A stretch of DNA of 64,000 nucleotides from Fibrobacterales bacterium (GTDB lineage Bacteria > Fibrobacterota > Fibrobacteria > Fibrobacterales > JAOPTW01). Of the stretch, positions 10,857 through 21,404 are shown in pieces (the first letter of the stretch is position 1; each line of letters starts with the position of its first letter). The position numbers and the translations under genes were made by a program. The stretch is taken from positions 64,001 through 128,000 of the forward strand of contig JAOPTW010000016.1 in the NCBI GenBank assembly GCA_051532035.1, given 5' to 3'. Under the pieces are notes generated by a model. It did not search any database. It was not told the DNA's origin and saw only the letters and a program-made list of their open reading frames with translations.

Positions 10857-10881
10857 AGCGGAGATTCTCGCTCCCTTTTTC
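10857..10881 (+). terminator. Terminator after the rSAM gene
   Basis: GAGCGGAGATTCTCGCTC hairpin followed by CCTTTTT. Confidence 0.5.
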
Positions 10882-11079
10882 TTACTCTATATACCACTTT
10901 TCTATTTGAGTACGCTTTTAGTACGGTAATCTCCCCACTCACCCCCTCTCCACTTCACACGTGCGTCGCCTATTCATATATTTGGAACACAACTGGTATC
11001 TGAGACTGCTTTTTATTCTAAGTGATTATTCGTCTCATGCCAATCTACATCTACTGGATTCTACAGTAGATTTGCCCAA

Positions 11080-11118
11080 AGGTTCACTCCCTCCCCAGGA
11101 GTGAACCTCTCTTTTTTG
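11080..11118 (+). terminator. Orphan Rho-independent terminator
   Basis: AGGTTCACTCC-ctcccca-GGAGTGAACCT followed by CTCTTTTTT. Confidence 0.65.
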
Positions 11119-11179
11119 CCCTTTCAGCCACCTCAATCAGTATAGTGCTCAAAAAAGCACCATCTTTCTATTTACCCCC

Positions 11180-11221
11180 TTGCAAAGCAAAACGTTAGCA
11201 CTTATATTGCCCTTATGTGCA
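11180..11221 (+). promoter_or_regulatory. Sigma70 promoter with overlapping Fibrobacter-type LexA box
   Basis: TTGCAA(11180)-N17-TATATT(11203-11208), then TGCCC-TTAT-GTGCA (11208-11221) matching TGCNC-N4-GTGCA, upstream of DNA repair genes. Confidence 0.65.
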
Positions 11222-11246
11222 GTGCACACATGATTGAGGAGACAAA

Positions 11247-13694
11247 ATGTCACATACCATGAAGACCTATATTGAGCAAACCTTTACCGAACAAATTCGT
11301 GCCCACGAAGAGTTGCCCAAAACCACCGGCACCTATGCCGACTTTCCACCCGATCTCAATCCTCTCCTCACTCAAACCCTTCGAGAAAAACAAATTCTCT
11401 CCCTGTATAGTCATCAGCGTGAAGCCTATGACTCTATATCTGCCGGGAAAAATACTGTCATTGTCTCCCAAACTGCAAGTGGTAAAACCCTCTCTTTTTT
11501 GCTCCCCATTCTCAATCAGCATATCACAGCCAAAAACCCTTTTAGCACCCTTTTCCTCTACCCAACCAAAGCTCTGGCACGAGATCAAGAGGGAAACCTC
11601 GCCTCACTGCTCAATACCGCAAATCTTGAACGAAAGCTGGGCACTTTTGATGGCGACACCCCCAAAGAAGAACGGGCAAAGATGATGAGAAGTGCCGATT
11701 TCATCATGAGTAATCCCGATATGCTCCATGGCGGAATCCTCCCTAACCACAATCGTAAGTGGAAGGATTTTATTTCTCGCTTAAAGTATATTGTCATCGA
11801 TGAAGTCCACACCTACCGCGGCGCCTATGGCTCTCATGTAGCAAACATTTTTAGACGCCTCCTTCGGGTCTGTGAAATTCACGGCTCTAAACCTATTTTC
11901 ATCTGTTCATCCGCAACCATTGGTAATCCAAAAGAGCACGTTGAAAAACTGTTTAACCAATCATTTACCGTCATTGATCAAGATGGTTCACCCCGCCCCA
12001 AAAGGGACCTCTATCTCCTCAACCCTTCAATGGCCCGCAGCCATGGCGGATCACTCTATCGAAAAGGCCCCGGTTCAGCCTCTATTCCATTACTGGTTGA
12101 AGCATGTAAACAAGGAGTGCGCACCATCTGTTTTTGCAGGGGTCGACAAGAAGTAGAGCGCCTCTACAAAGCCGTAATCGACCGAGACCCCAGTTTAAAA
12201 AATGTCATTAAACCCTACCGTGGTGGCCTCCTCCCCAACGAAAGACGACAACTCGAAAATGATCTTTTTAGTGGAAAATTAAAAGCAATTATTTCGACGA
12301 ATGCCCTCGAGCTCGGTATCGACATTGGCGACCTCGATCTCTGTATACTCTCGGGCCACCCCGGCACGGTCGCGAGTTTTTGGCAGCAAGCGGGGCGCGT
12401 TGGCCGTAAAAATAATAATGCTATCATTGCCTATATCGCCAAAGAGTCGCCGGTAGATCAGTACCTCGTGCATCACTCTGACTTTATCACTTCAGCACCC
12501 GCAGAACAGGCCTGGCTCAATGCCAACAATCCATATATTCTCTTGCAGCATCTCCCTTGCGCCGCCTATGAACATCCGTTTAGAGAAGAGGAACCTGCCT
12601 TTCCCAATGTATTGTTTAATCAAAGTATCGAGGTTCTCAAAGAAGACGGCAGCCTTAAACCCTATAAAACATTTCTGAGGTATAGCCGCGATGACTATCC
12701 CGCAAAAGGGGTCAACATACGGGGTATGACCGACTACAATATCGAGATCTATTGTGGCACTGAAGTGATTGGTGAAATCGACCCCATAGGAGCTCGGGGC
12801 GAGCTCTACAAAGATGCGATCTACATGCACCTCGGAAAACGCTACATGTCTATGGATTTGGACCTTGAAAAAAAATTATGCCGAGTAGAACGCGTCGATG
12901 TCGACTACTACACCGAGGCTCACTGGGAGCGCAGTGTTTCACTCGAAGAGGAGTTTGATCAACAATTTGTTCATGGCCACAAACTCACGTTTGGTTTTAT
13001 TAATGCAAAGAAACAGCCAAAGCTCTACAAAAAAATCCGCGAAAAGACTTTTGAGAATATTGGATCCGGCCCCATAACCCTTGCTCCCTTTGAATATGAT
13101 ACTACAGGCTTTTGTATTCAACCCAACCCAACCTGGATGCGTGAAGTACAAGCGGTCGATCGCAGGTTTGTCGGCGCCGGTCTCTATGGCCTCGCCTCCA
13201 TCATGCGCAAAGTGTGTCCGTCAGTCTGCATGGCCTCAACCGGTGACATCGAAACTGATGTATCATTAACCGACAAAGATGAGAGTGAATGGAAAAGCTC
13301 ACTCTACCTCTTTGATTCAATTGACGGTGGTGTTGGCTACGGCGAAAAAGTGTATGAAAACCTCGACACCTCTCTCAAACTGTGCCTCGACATAATCAAT
13401 GAGTGTGAGTGCGAAGCAGGCTGTCCCTCTTGCGTCCCTACAATGCCTCCGGGTGCCGAAGGAGAAGAGATGAGTAGCCTCCTCATTGAATCAAATGCAT
13501 CTCGAGAGTGTACCAAAAGTTTACTCCTCGACCTTCTCTACGGAGAGACCTACCTTCCCCAAGTATCCATCATAAAAAAACCACTGAATAACCAAATAGA
13601 ACCACCACCTGCAGACTTGGAATTTTTGATGAATCAAAAAAGACTCTCCAATGCCGCACTCATTATGAAACGAAAAAGGGAGCGCCTCCATTGA
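11247..13694 (+). CDS. mrfA: DEAD/DEAH-box helicase with C-terminal DUF1998 Zn domain (MrfA/YprA/SftH-like)
   Basis: TASGKT, YPTKALARDQ, DEVH, SATIGNP, TNALELGIDIG, QQAGRVGR and CECEAGCPSC. Confidence 0.85.
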   Translation: MSHTMKTYIEQTFTEQIRAHEELPKTTGTYADFPPDLNPLLTQTLREKQILSLYSHQREAYDSISAGKNTVIVSQTASGKTLSFLLPILNQHITAKNPFSTLFLYPTKALARDQEGNLASLLNTANLERKLGTFDGDTPKEERAKMMRSADFIMSNPDMLHGGILPNHNRKWKDFISRLKYIVIDEVHTYRGAYGSHVANIFRRLLRVCEIHGSKPIFICSSATIGNPKEHVEKLFNQSFTVIDQDGSPRPKRDLYLLNPSMARSHGGSLYRKGPGSASIPLLVEACKQGVRTICFCRGRQEVERLYKAVIDRDPSLKNVIKPYRGGLLPNERRQLENDLFSGKLKAIISTNALELGIDIGDLDLCILSGHPGTVASFWQQAGRVGRKNNNAIIAYIAKESPVDQYLVHHSDFITSAPAEQAWLNANNPYILLQHLPCAAYEHPFREEEPAFPNVLFNQSIEVLKEDGSLKPYKTFLRYSRDDYPAKGVNIRGMTDYNIEIYCGTEVIGEIDPIGARGELYKDAIYMHLGKRYMSMDLDLEKKLCRVERVDVDYYTEAHWERSVSLEEEFDQQFVHGHKLTFGFINAKKQPKLYKKIREKTFENIGSGPITLAPFEYDTTGFCIQPNPTWMREVQAVDRRFVGAGLYGLASIMRKVCPSVCMASTGDIETDVSLTDKDESEWKSSLYLFDSIDGGVGYGEKVYENLDTSLKLCLDIINECECEAGCPSCVPTMPPGAEGEEMSSLLIESNASRECTKSLLLDLLYGETYLPQVSIIKKPLNNQIEPPPADLEFLMNQKRLSNAALIMKRKRERLH

Positions 13695-14464
13695 TCAATC
13701 AAACCTTTCAGCACTGTAAGGGCATTGGCCCAGTAACCGAAGAGAAAGTACTCCATGCAGGATTTTCTCGTTGGGAAGATATATTAGAAAAACCAGACTC
13801 CCTCCCCGTAGGTGGTAAAGTAAAAGACTCTCTCATGCAGATGACCGAGCAGAGTATCTACGCCTTAGAATCAGATGACATTCAATTTTTTGTCGACTCT
13901 TTTGCACCTTCACAACACTGGCGCATCCTTGATCGCTACTTTTCAAAAGCCTCGTACTTTGACATCGAAACCACCGGGTTTTCAAGCCACGAAAGCGACA
14001 TCTCATGCATTGTCTGTATGCATAAGGGTGAGCTCCATACTTTCGTTCGTGGTAAAAACCTCGACGACTTTCTTGACCTTCTCGAAGATGTCGAACTCCT
14101 TGTTTCCTTTAATGGTACAAGCTTTGACGTCCCCTTTGTAGTGAATTCATTTCATATTCCAGAGATCCCTTGCCCTCATGTAGATCTTAGGTGGATCTGT
14201 TATCACGCCGGCATAACGGGTGGCCTAAAAGCTATAGAAAAGCAATTAAATATACAGCGGCCAAAACACCTTCAAGAGGTCGATGGTTTTGAGGCAATTT
14301 ACCTTTGGGAAAACTGGGAGCGTTATCAAGACCATCAATCCCTCAACAAACTCATTCAGTACTGTCAATACGATGTTCGGTCCCTCGCAACTGTTGCATC
14401 AAAAGTCATGACTAAAGTGCGTCCAAAACCTGACATTCATTCTCTCCACACCCATGTTGCATAA
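13691..14464 (+). CDS. RNase H-like 3'-5' exonuclease (MrfB/YprB-like)
   Basis: YFDIETTG, SFNGTSFDVP, GGLKAIEKQL and YCQYDV motifs; overlaps the helicase stop. Confidence 0.8.
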   Translation: MINQTFQHCKGIGPVTEEKVLHAGFSRWEDILEKPDSLPVGGKVKDSLMQMTEQSIYALESDDIQFFVDSFAPSQHWRILDRYFSKASYFDIETTGFSSHESDISCIVCMHKGELHTFVRGKNLDDFLDLLEDVELLVSFNGTSFDVPFVVNSFHIPEIPCPHVDLRWICYHAGITGGLKAIEKQLNIQRPKHLQEVDGFEAIYLWENWERYQDHQSLNKLIQYCQYDVRSLATVASKVMTKVRPKPDIHSLHTHVA

Positions 14465-15346
14465 GTGAGTAGTATGATTAAAGAGATAGAAACCAAGTCT
14501 ATTCTTTCGACCCTTAAAGAACCGGACAGTTTTTTTGGGGTACGCTACAATATGAACCTCTATAGAGGGTGTAGTCATCAGTGTATCTACTGCGATAGTA
14601 GAAGCGAGTGTTATCAGATTGAGGATTTTAACCATAGCATTGAAGTAAAAACGAATGCAATTACTCTACTCAACAAAGAACTCAGTAAGAAAAGGATAAA
14701 GGGGACCATTGGAACGGGCTCTATGAACGACCCCTACATGCCGATTGAAAAAAAATATAAACTTACTCGACAAGCACTGAAAGCGATTTACCTCAACAGA
14801 TTTCCTTTACATATCATTACGAAAGGAACCCTCGTTACTCGGGACCGTGACATATTACAAGAGATTCACAAACTCTATGCTGCTATTAGTTTTTCAATCA
14901 CCACACCGCATGATGCTATAGCACGATCAATTGAACCAGGCGCCCCCAACGCTACCAATCGTTTCTCTGCAATGAAGACACTTGCACTTACCGGCCTCTA
15001 TACCGGAGTAACACTGATGCCTTCTCTACCATGGATAACTGACGATATTAACGATTTAAAAATGCTCATCAACAAGTCAGTCGATGCAGGAGCCCAATAT
15101 ATTATATCTGGTTTTGGAGTTACCTTAAGAGACCGACAAAGAGATCATTTTTTCAAAGAACTCGACCAACGATTTCCGACACACAAAGAGCGGTATCTCA
15201 ACACATATGGAACAAGCCACTCCTGTACTCCTACCCATCATCAACAGCTTGATGAGGTTTTTCAGGAGCTCTGCTATGTAAAAGGTATTGCAACAGAGAT
15301 TACCCCTTTTCACCTTCAAGAAACCGAGCAACTGCAACTTTTCTAA
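14465..15346 (+). CDS. Radical SAM protein, SplB/Rv2578c-like DNA-repair family
   Basis: NLYRGCSHQCIYCD and GSMNDPYMPIE motifs. Confidence 0.8.
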   Translation: MSSMIKEIETKSILSTLKEPDSFFGVRYNMNLYRGCSHQCIYCDSRSECYQIEDFNHSIEVKTNAITLLNKELSKKRIKGTIGTGSMNDPYMPIEKKYKLTRQALKAIYLNRFPLHIITKGTLVTRDRDILQEIHKLYAAISFSITTPHDAIARSIEPGAPNATNRFSAMKTLALTGLYTGVTLMPSLPWITDDINDLKMLINKSVDAGAQYIISGFGVTLRDRQRDHFFKELDQRFPTHKERYLNTYGTSHSCTPTHHQQLDEVFQELCYVKGIATEITPFHLQETEQLQLF

Positions 15347-15563
15347 CCAACACCCCCCAATAGTATACACAACACCTTATTCTTTACATTACCGAAGGCA
15401 AAGTAAAGAAGCACTCATTACTCAATGAGCACACTCTAATAACTCAATATCATTGTAAACTTTTGTCAAATAGGCCAAAACAAAAATAAATAGGCTATCC
15501 CTGAATTCAGGTATTATATATTTTGCCATTACGAGGGTAGATATTATTTTGAGAGAGGTAGTA

Positions 15564-16247
15564 ATGCAGTTTGCCGTAGTTTCTGACATCCACAGTAATT
15601 TTTATGCTCTAGAGGCAGTTTATTTTGACATCCGCTCACGCGGCATTGACACAATTTATTGCGCCGGTGATATCGCAGGATATTACACACTTCCCAATGA
15701 GACCATTGATCTTCTGAAGAAAATGAACGCTCAGGCAATTTTAGGAAATCACGATTTTGATATCCTGTATCGGAAATTCAAAGATCCAATGAGTTCTAGT
15801 TGTCCCAAAGTTTGGAATTACAACAATCTATCAGAATCGAGTCTTGAATACCTTAAAAGTCTCCCTGATTTTCTCAATGTAGAGGTAGAGGGTAAAAAAA
15901 TCCATATCTGTCATGGAAGTCCCTCGAGTAGAACAGAGTACCTCCACCAAAACAGTCTTGGGGCAGAGCTTGCTATAACCAGTATCGAACACGATATACT
16001 CATATGCGGTCACACTCATATTCCCTATCATCAAAGCTATGGAAACAAACATATTATCAATTCTGGTAGTGTAGGAAAACCAAAAAATGGGTCACCCAAT
16101 GCAACCTATGTAATTGTAACAGTCACTGATGATGTCTCTGTTGAAATTGGCGATGTTCAGTATAAATTCCACAAGACCGTGGAACATGTCGTGAACTCAT
16201 CTGAACTTCCAGAACAAAATACCCTTTCGCTTATATACGGAAAATAG
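15564..16247 (+). CDS. Metallophosphoesterase (YfcE-like)
   Basis: SDIHSN, GDIAGY, GNHD, HGSP and GHTH motifs. Confidence 0.85.
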   Translation: MQFAVVSDIHSNFYALEAVYFDIRSRGIDTIYCAGDIAGYYTLPNETIDLLKKMNAQAILGNHDFDILYRKFKDPMSSSCPKVWNYNNLSESSLEYLKSLPDFLNVEVEGKKIHICHGSPSSRTEYLHQNSLGAELAITSIEHDILICGHTHIPYHQSYGNKHIINSGSVGKPKNGSPNATYVIVTVTDDVSVEIGDVQYKFHKTVEHVVNSSELPEQNTLSLIYGK

Positions 16248-16248
16248 G

Positions 16249-16279
16249 AAACCCCGGCCTGGGGAAGGGCTCGGGGTTT
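16249..16279. terminator. Bidirectional terminator hairpin between convergent genes
   Basis: AAACCCCG...CGGGGTTT. Confidence 0.55.
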
Positions 16280-16322
16280 ACCTTTGGTGATTGGATTGGG
16301 ACTACTATCTAATCATCATCTA

Positions 16323-17141
16323 CTATTTTGCTATTTTTGCTTTCTTTTCTGTTTTGTACTTAACCGTATGTTTCTCAAAAGTTGTTTCAATACTTTCGGT
16401 ACCTACTGTTCCAATATTTATCTCGAGTGCTCCTGAGCCAGTTGGTGGTTCTTCAGCACCAACCCATGCCATATGTAAGGTATAATCTTGATCAACACCC
16501 GATGTTGGCTCTACTACAACTGACCCTTCATAGAGATCCATAGCTACACCCCACATCACTCCTTGAGCAACGAGAACAACCTCGTGCGTATTATCCACAG
16601 TCAGGTAATCATATGAGAGTGCCAGTGTTTCACCTTTTTCGACGACATCTACTACAACACCATCTACTATGAGCGAAATTGCTGTTACTGAGTCTGGCAG
16701 TTCAGATACAGTCGCCACAAGTCCAGAATAAGAGGCATCAAGATCCAATACTACTTCAGTTACCGACTCTGGCTCTACATAAAAAGAAGTCGCGCCGCTA
16801 TGAATAACCACACCTGCATTATCGACAGTATAAGCGGTGACTGTCCAATTTTTAAATGATGCGAGACCCTCAAAATCAGTAACGACATCATCACCACCTC
16901 TACTCCTTACCTGATATTTTTTAATGATGGCCTCTTCGCCCTGAGCGCTGAGTGTAACCACAAGCTCATCCATTTCAAATTGTGATACTTTAGCAAGAAT
17001 TCCCACTTGTGCTACATCCACAGTCAGTGTTGCGCTGCCTGTCTGATCTGAGCTCTGTGCACTGAGTAGTGAAAGATTGTCGGAACATCCTACAATGCTC
17101 AGAAGTGATACGAGTGCAGCTGCTATTATTACTTTTTTCAT
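16323..17141 (-). CDS. Hypothetical lipoprotein, beta-rich
   Basis: MKKVIIAAALVSLLSIVGC lipobox; Val/Thr-rich strands. Confidence 0.7.
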   Translation of the reverse strand: MKKVIIAAALVSLLSIVGCSDNLSLLSAQSSDQTGSATLTVDVAQVGILAKVSQFEMDELVVTLSAQGEEAIIKKYQVRSRGGDDVVTDFEGLASFKNWTVTAYTVDNAGVVIHSGATSFYVEPESVTEVVLDLDASYSGLVATVSELPDSVTAISLIVDGVVVDVVEKGETLALSYDYLTVDNTHEVVLVAQGVMWGVAMDLYEGSVVVEPTSGVDQDYTLHMAWVGAEEPPTGSGALEINIGTVGTESIETTFEKHTVKYKTEKKAKIAK

Positions 17142-17390
17142 ATTCCCCACCCCATTTATGTGTCTGCTGTCTGGATTTCTAAAATGATATTTATATATCG
17201 AGCATTCCCAGAACCAACATTAGCATTAAGTGTATTTTGAACACTTTAATTTCAACATTAAACTATATCTTCTTTAAATTCAACACCTTAACTCACTAGC
17301 ACAACTATGTAAACCAATGAATAGCCTCAAAAAGCACCATATATTAACGGTGATTAATTAAATTGGGTCATTTTTTTCTAAGTTCGAGTC

Positions 17391-17888
17391 ATGACTAGAG
17401 AAGATATTATCTGTATAACGAACCAAGACCTTGTTGACCTTAGCCAAGAAGCGTCAAACAATCCAAGAAAGCGTAAAAATCTCAACGTCCACCAACTTGA
17501 GGACCCTATACAACGTTTTTTTAATGCCCTCGAGCCAAAAACCTATGTACAACCCCATCGCCATATTGACCCGCCAAAGATTGAGACTTTTATTCATGTA
17601 AAAGGGGCATTTTTGGTAGTTCTTTTAAAAGACGATGGTTCAATTCTACGAGTAGAACGGTTTTCTAACTCAAAAGAGAATATTGTTATGGATCTTCAAC
17701 CAGGTGTATGGCACACCCTCATTTGCGAAGAACCGAGTACTGTATATTTCGAGATTAAAACGGGCCCCTATAAAGCACCAACTGACAAAGATTTTGCGCC
17801 CTGGGCACCTAAACCAGAAACTTTAGAAGCGCAACACTACTTAGACCAACTTCATTTAGATGCTCTTGCATTCATGAAATCGGTCTAA
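17391..17888 (+). CDS. WbuC-family cupin-fold metalloprotein
   Basis: PRKRKNLNVH...QRFFNALEP..YVQPHRH...WHT...EIKTGPY...APWAP. Confidence 0.85.
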   Translation: MTREDIICITNQDLVDLSQEASNNPRKRKNLNVHQLEDPIQRFFNALEPKTYVQPHRHIDPPKIETFIHVKGAFLVVLLKDDGSILRVERFSNSKENIVMDLQPGVWHTLICEEPSTVYFEIKTGPYKAPTDKDFAPWAPKPETLEAQHYLDQLHLDALAFMKSV

Positions 17889-18581
17889 ACAAAACGCTTG
17901 GTTCACATTCTCGGCCACTTGCCGTTGGAGCGCTTCTAATTCTAAACCTAAGTGGTGTGCAGCAGCACTATAGACCTCATCGATAGTACCACCCCAATCA
18001 TCAGTTTCGAAGAGAATCCTATTAAGAGGGGTCTCTTTGAGTGTTGCTATCCTTTTTTTATGCCCCAAGACAATATCTTTACCATAAGAGAACCAGACAG
18101 GCTGGGTAAGGAGTTGCCGCATCTCATCAATAGAGCCCGAAAACCAGTGAAATATCCATGTAGGAATAGAAGTATTACGAGCTATCTCTTGAGCAATATG
18201 GTTCGTTGCTTTTACTGAATGAAGCACAATTGGGGCGTTAAACTGCTGAGCAATAGCAATATGGCGTAAAAAAAGATCATATTGAAGGGCAAAATCTGTG
18301 GAAGCCATACCATCGAGACCCGTTTCACCCACTGCAAGACACCCCGAATGAGGGTCTTTTAATAATTGAGAGAGCAAGGAAAGGTGCTGCTCAAAATCTG
18401 TATCTATATACCATGGGTGCACTCCTGCAGAATGTGTCACATTCGTTGGGCGCTCTCTTCCCAAAAGAGAGGCATAGACAGAAGCCGAAGGAGACACGCT
18501 ATGGGTATGGGCATCAATCTTCCCTCCCAATGCAACTGCTTTTAAGAGTCCACTATGCACCGAAGGTGTTTCATGAGTCAT
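17856..18581 (-). CDS. TatD-family hydrolase
   Basis: DAHTH, GVHPW, VGETGLD, LHSVKA, FHWFSG and FETD. Confidence 0.85.
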   Translation of the reverse strand: MTHETPSVHSGLLKAVALGGKIDAHTHSVSPSASVYASLLGRERPTNVTHSAGVHPWYIDTDFEQHLSLLSQLLKDPHSGCLAVGETGLDGMASTDFALQYDLFLRHIAIAQQFNAPIVLHSVKATNHIAQEIARNTSIPTWIFHWFSGSIDEMRQLLTQPVWFSYGKDIVLGHKKRIATLKETPLNRILFETDDWGGTIDEVYSAAAHHLGLELEALQRQVAENVNQAFCLDRFHECKSI

Positions 18582-18677
18582 AATAGTCTACTCGAACAAT
18601 AATTCTGCTACAAAAAATACTCAATTTTAAAATTTGTATGATATAATAAGTGTTATTCACTATCTACTTGAACTCTT

Positions 18678-20459
18678 ATGTTACATGATCATACCGTGAA
18701 CGACATATCACACAGTGCAGAATATATCAACAAGAAACGTGCCCTCAATAGCAAATTGAGTGTAAGTTTCATATTTCTGTTAGGGGCACTTGCCACTACA
18801 TTTTTCTTGAGTGGCTACAAGACACTGACACTAGTACCTGTTCCCTTTATGGTACTATTTATTGCAATCCTATTCGTATCAAAAACAAGATTTACCAAAG
18901 GAGCACGCCAAGGCTTTGTAATCACCTCAAACATTGCTGTTGTCTCACTCTCTATTATAGTGGGTAAAGAGAGTGCTATTGAACTGCTATTCATAGCACT
19001 TATTATGGTTCCTTTTTTGCTGTTTACCGTTAATGAAAAGTATCAACAGGTATTTTCTATCGTCATAGTGCTCTCTTGTGTTGCATGTACTCAAATCATA
19101 CATGTATACAATCCTACTGAAGGAATACCCTCCGCTATGGCGCGTGTGATAGAGTTCATTGTATACTTCTATGTTTTTTTTACTGTTACCGCACTCAATA
19201 TTTCTGCGTATTTAACGACAACATCACGAAGTGATAAATCACAAGAAGACAATGCTGAGTTGGGTAACTACAAGCACAACCTTGAAGAGAAGGTGCTGGA
19301 ACGTACCAAGGCGCTCGAAGAGGCCAACCGCTCTAAATCCGAATTTTTGGCAAGCATGTCAAATGAAATTCTGAGTCCCCTTAATGAAATTATCAGCTAC
19401 AATAAACTTCTCAATGGGGCAATACAGCCGAGTCTCCAAGCTCATGTTACAGCAATCGAAAAATCATCACAAAATCTTCTTACCCTTATTAACGATATTA
19501 TTGATGTTTCTAAACTTGAAACTGGTTGGATTAAGCTCAACAAAAACCCACTCGATTTACAATTAATACTCAACGAGATCAAAGAGACCTACCTCCCTCG
19601 CTGCGAAAATAAACAGGTCACTTTCAATGTGAATATCCCACCGAATTTTCCCCATAGAATCATATTGGATGAACTGAGGCTCCGTCAAATCATCACCAAC
19701 TTTGTAAGTAACTCCGTTAAGTTTACTTCTTCGGGCACCATTACTATCGATGTCTCCTTTGATTATATCAACGAGAAGCTTATCTCATTTGGTCTACAGA
19801 TTACTGACACCGGGAAAGGCATACCTCAAAACAAACTTGAGAATCTATTCGACACTTTTAGCGTTGGTAACGTCAAAGACTCGGTTAAATATAAAGGAAC
19901 GGGACTGGGCCTCTCTATATGTGAAAAACTCATCCGTATGATGGATGGTACCATCAAAGTAAAAAGCCAGCTCAACAAAGGAACAACTTTTACGATCCAC
20001 TTTGGTGATGTAGCAATATCTGAACTCCATGCCATTTCTACCGCTGGTCTCAAAGAGGTCAGCGATATTGATTTTAATGGCCAGACCATTTTAGCCGTTG
20101 ATGATGTTGCCTTTAATAGGGATATAGTATCAAAGATTTTAACCAAACATAACTTGCAAGTAATTACCGCTGAGAATGGGTCAGAGGCAGCCCTTATTGC
20201 CCAAAAGGTAATTCCCGATCTCATCATCATGGATATTAGAATGCCCATAATGAATGGATATCAGGCTGCCGAAATTATTAAAACAGGCGTAGACACCAAA
20301 CAAATTCCTATAATTGCATTAACGGCATCGACCAGTTCTAAGGACATCGATGATGATGACAATAACTTTTTTGACGGTGTACTCCCCAAACCAATTAAAG
20401 CACCACTACTGCTAGGGGAGCTTTCGAAGCACCTTCATATAGACGGAACGATTAAGTGA
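18678..20459 (+). CDS. Membrane hybrid sensor kinase/receiver lacking the phospho-His
   Basis: Multi-TM N-terminus; H-box reads MSNEILSPLN; HATPase N, G1 and G2 boxes; receiver DD..MDIRMP..KP. Confidence 0.85.
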   Translation: MLHDHTVNDISHSAEYINKKRALNSKLSVSFIFLLGALATTFFLSGYKTLTLVPVPFMVLFIAILFVSKTRFTKGARQGFVITSNIAVVSLSIIVGKESAIELLFIALIMVPFLLFTVNEKYQQVFSIVIVLSCVACTQIIHVYNPTEGIPSAMARVIEFIVYFYVFFTVTALNISAYLTTTSRSDKSQEDNAELGNYKHNLEEKVLERTKALEEANRSKSEFLASMSNEILSPLNEIISYNKLLNGAIQPSLQAHVTAIEKSSQNLLTLINDIIDVSKLETGWIKLNKNPLDLQLILNEIKETYLPRCENKQVTFNVNIPPNFPHRIILDELRLRQIITNFVSNSVKFTSSGTITIDVSFDYINEKLISFGLQITDTGKGIPQNKLENLFDTFSVGNVKDSVKYKGTGLGLSICEKLIRMMDGTIKVKSQLNKGTTFTIHFGDVAISELHAISTAGLKEVSDIDFNGQTILAVDDVAFNRDIVSKILTKHNLQVITAENGSEAALIAQKVIPDLIIMDIRMPIMNGYQAAEIIKTGVDTKQIPIIALTASTSSKDIDDDDNNFFDGVLPKPIKAPLLLGELSKHLHIDGTIK

Positions 20460-21379
20460 AACTTTTTATCTATTTAAAAAACCCAATTAAGACATTTGAT
20501 ATGCAAGCATACATTCACGAGATGGTGCTTAAACAGTTCCCTACCCTCGAAGTGGAATCTTTTGAGCGATTTTCCGACCTAGTAGAACGCATTCATGAGC
20601 CCAATATAATTGTCACTTGGGTTTTCAAAAAAGAACTCTACGCCAAAGCAACCAACCTTAAAGAGATCTACACCCCTGCAGCTGGTAATGACTGGGTTGC
20701 TGATGATCCTTCAAGAAATGTTGATGTCACATACGGGACGTTTCACGGTTCAATGATGGCAGAATCACTCGTGGGAAACATCCTCTACCACAGTCATCGC
20801 ACCCCACTCATGGTTACTCGTCAAAAGGAGCATCACTGGGACCGGGCTGCCCAATCAGGGATTACTCTTTTAAAAGATCAAACAATCCTTATCATAGGAT
20901 ATGGCAATATTGGACGCGCCTGCGCTCAACTGCTTATCCCCTTTGGCTGTCATGTTATTGGTATGAAGCGATCCATCTCCAGTTCAATCGATGAGTTTGG
21001 TGTTGAGTGCACTACTCCCGAGCATATGGAGTCAGCACTTGAGCGCGCCGATCATGTCGTACTTATTTTACCTTCGGGACATGCTACAGACGGTATGTTT
21101 AAACAAGAGTACTTTACCTTTATGAAAAAATCAGCATTTATTCACAACATTGGGCGGGGGAATGCTATCACTACAGAGAGTCTTATATGGGCACTTGAAA
21201 ATGAAGTTATTGCTGGTGCTGCTATCGATGTTTTTGAAGTGGAACCCCTCCCTAAAGAGTCACCCCTCTGGGACCTCAAGAATCTTTTTATCACGCCCCA
21301 TTCAGCCTGTGTCTTTGAAAATTATAAGAGTGAGTTTTTCTACGAACTGCGCGATGCACTTTCGGAGCGCCTCGACTAG
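20456..21379 (+). CDS. D-2-hydroxyacid dehydrogenase family protein
   Basis: GYGNIG, NIGRG, DVFEVEPLP and TPHSA. Confidence 0.85.
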   Translation: MKLFIYLKNPIKTFDMQAYIHEMVLKQFPTLEVESFERFSDLVERIHEPNIIVTWVFKKELYAKATNLKEIYTPAAGNDWVADDPSRNVDVTYGTFHGSMMAESLVGNILYHSHRTPLMVTRQKEHHWDRAAQSGITLLKDQTILIIGYGNIGRACAQLLIPFGCHVIGMKRSISSSIDEFGVECTTPEHMESALERADHVVLILPSGHATDGMFKQEYFTFMKKSAFIHNIGRGNAITTESLIWALENEVIAGAAIDVFEVEPLPKESPLWDLKNLFITPHSACVFENYKSEFFYELRDALSERLD

Positions 21380-21404
21380 TACTTAATAGTAGTACTCTAT
21401 GTTA

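Noticed and set aside
11247..13694. DISARM or Druantia defence helicase (DUF1998)
   Set aside because: No methylase, DrmA/DrmD or PLD partners. The exonuclease, rSAM and LexA-like box fit DNA repair better.
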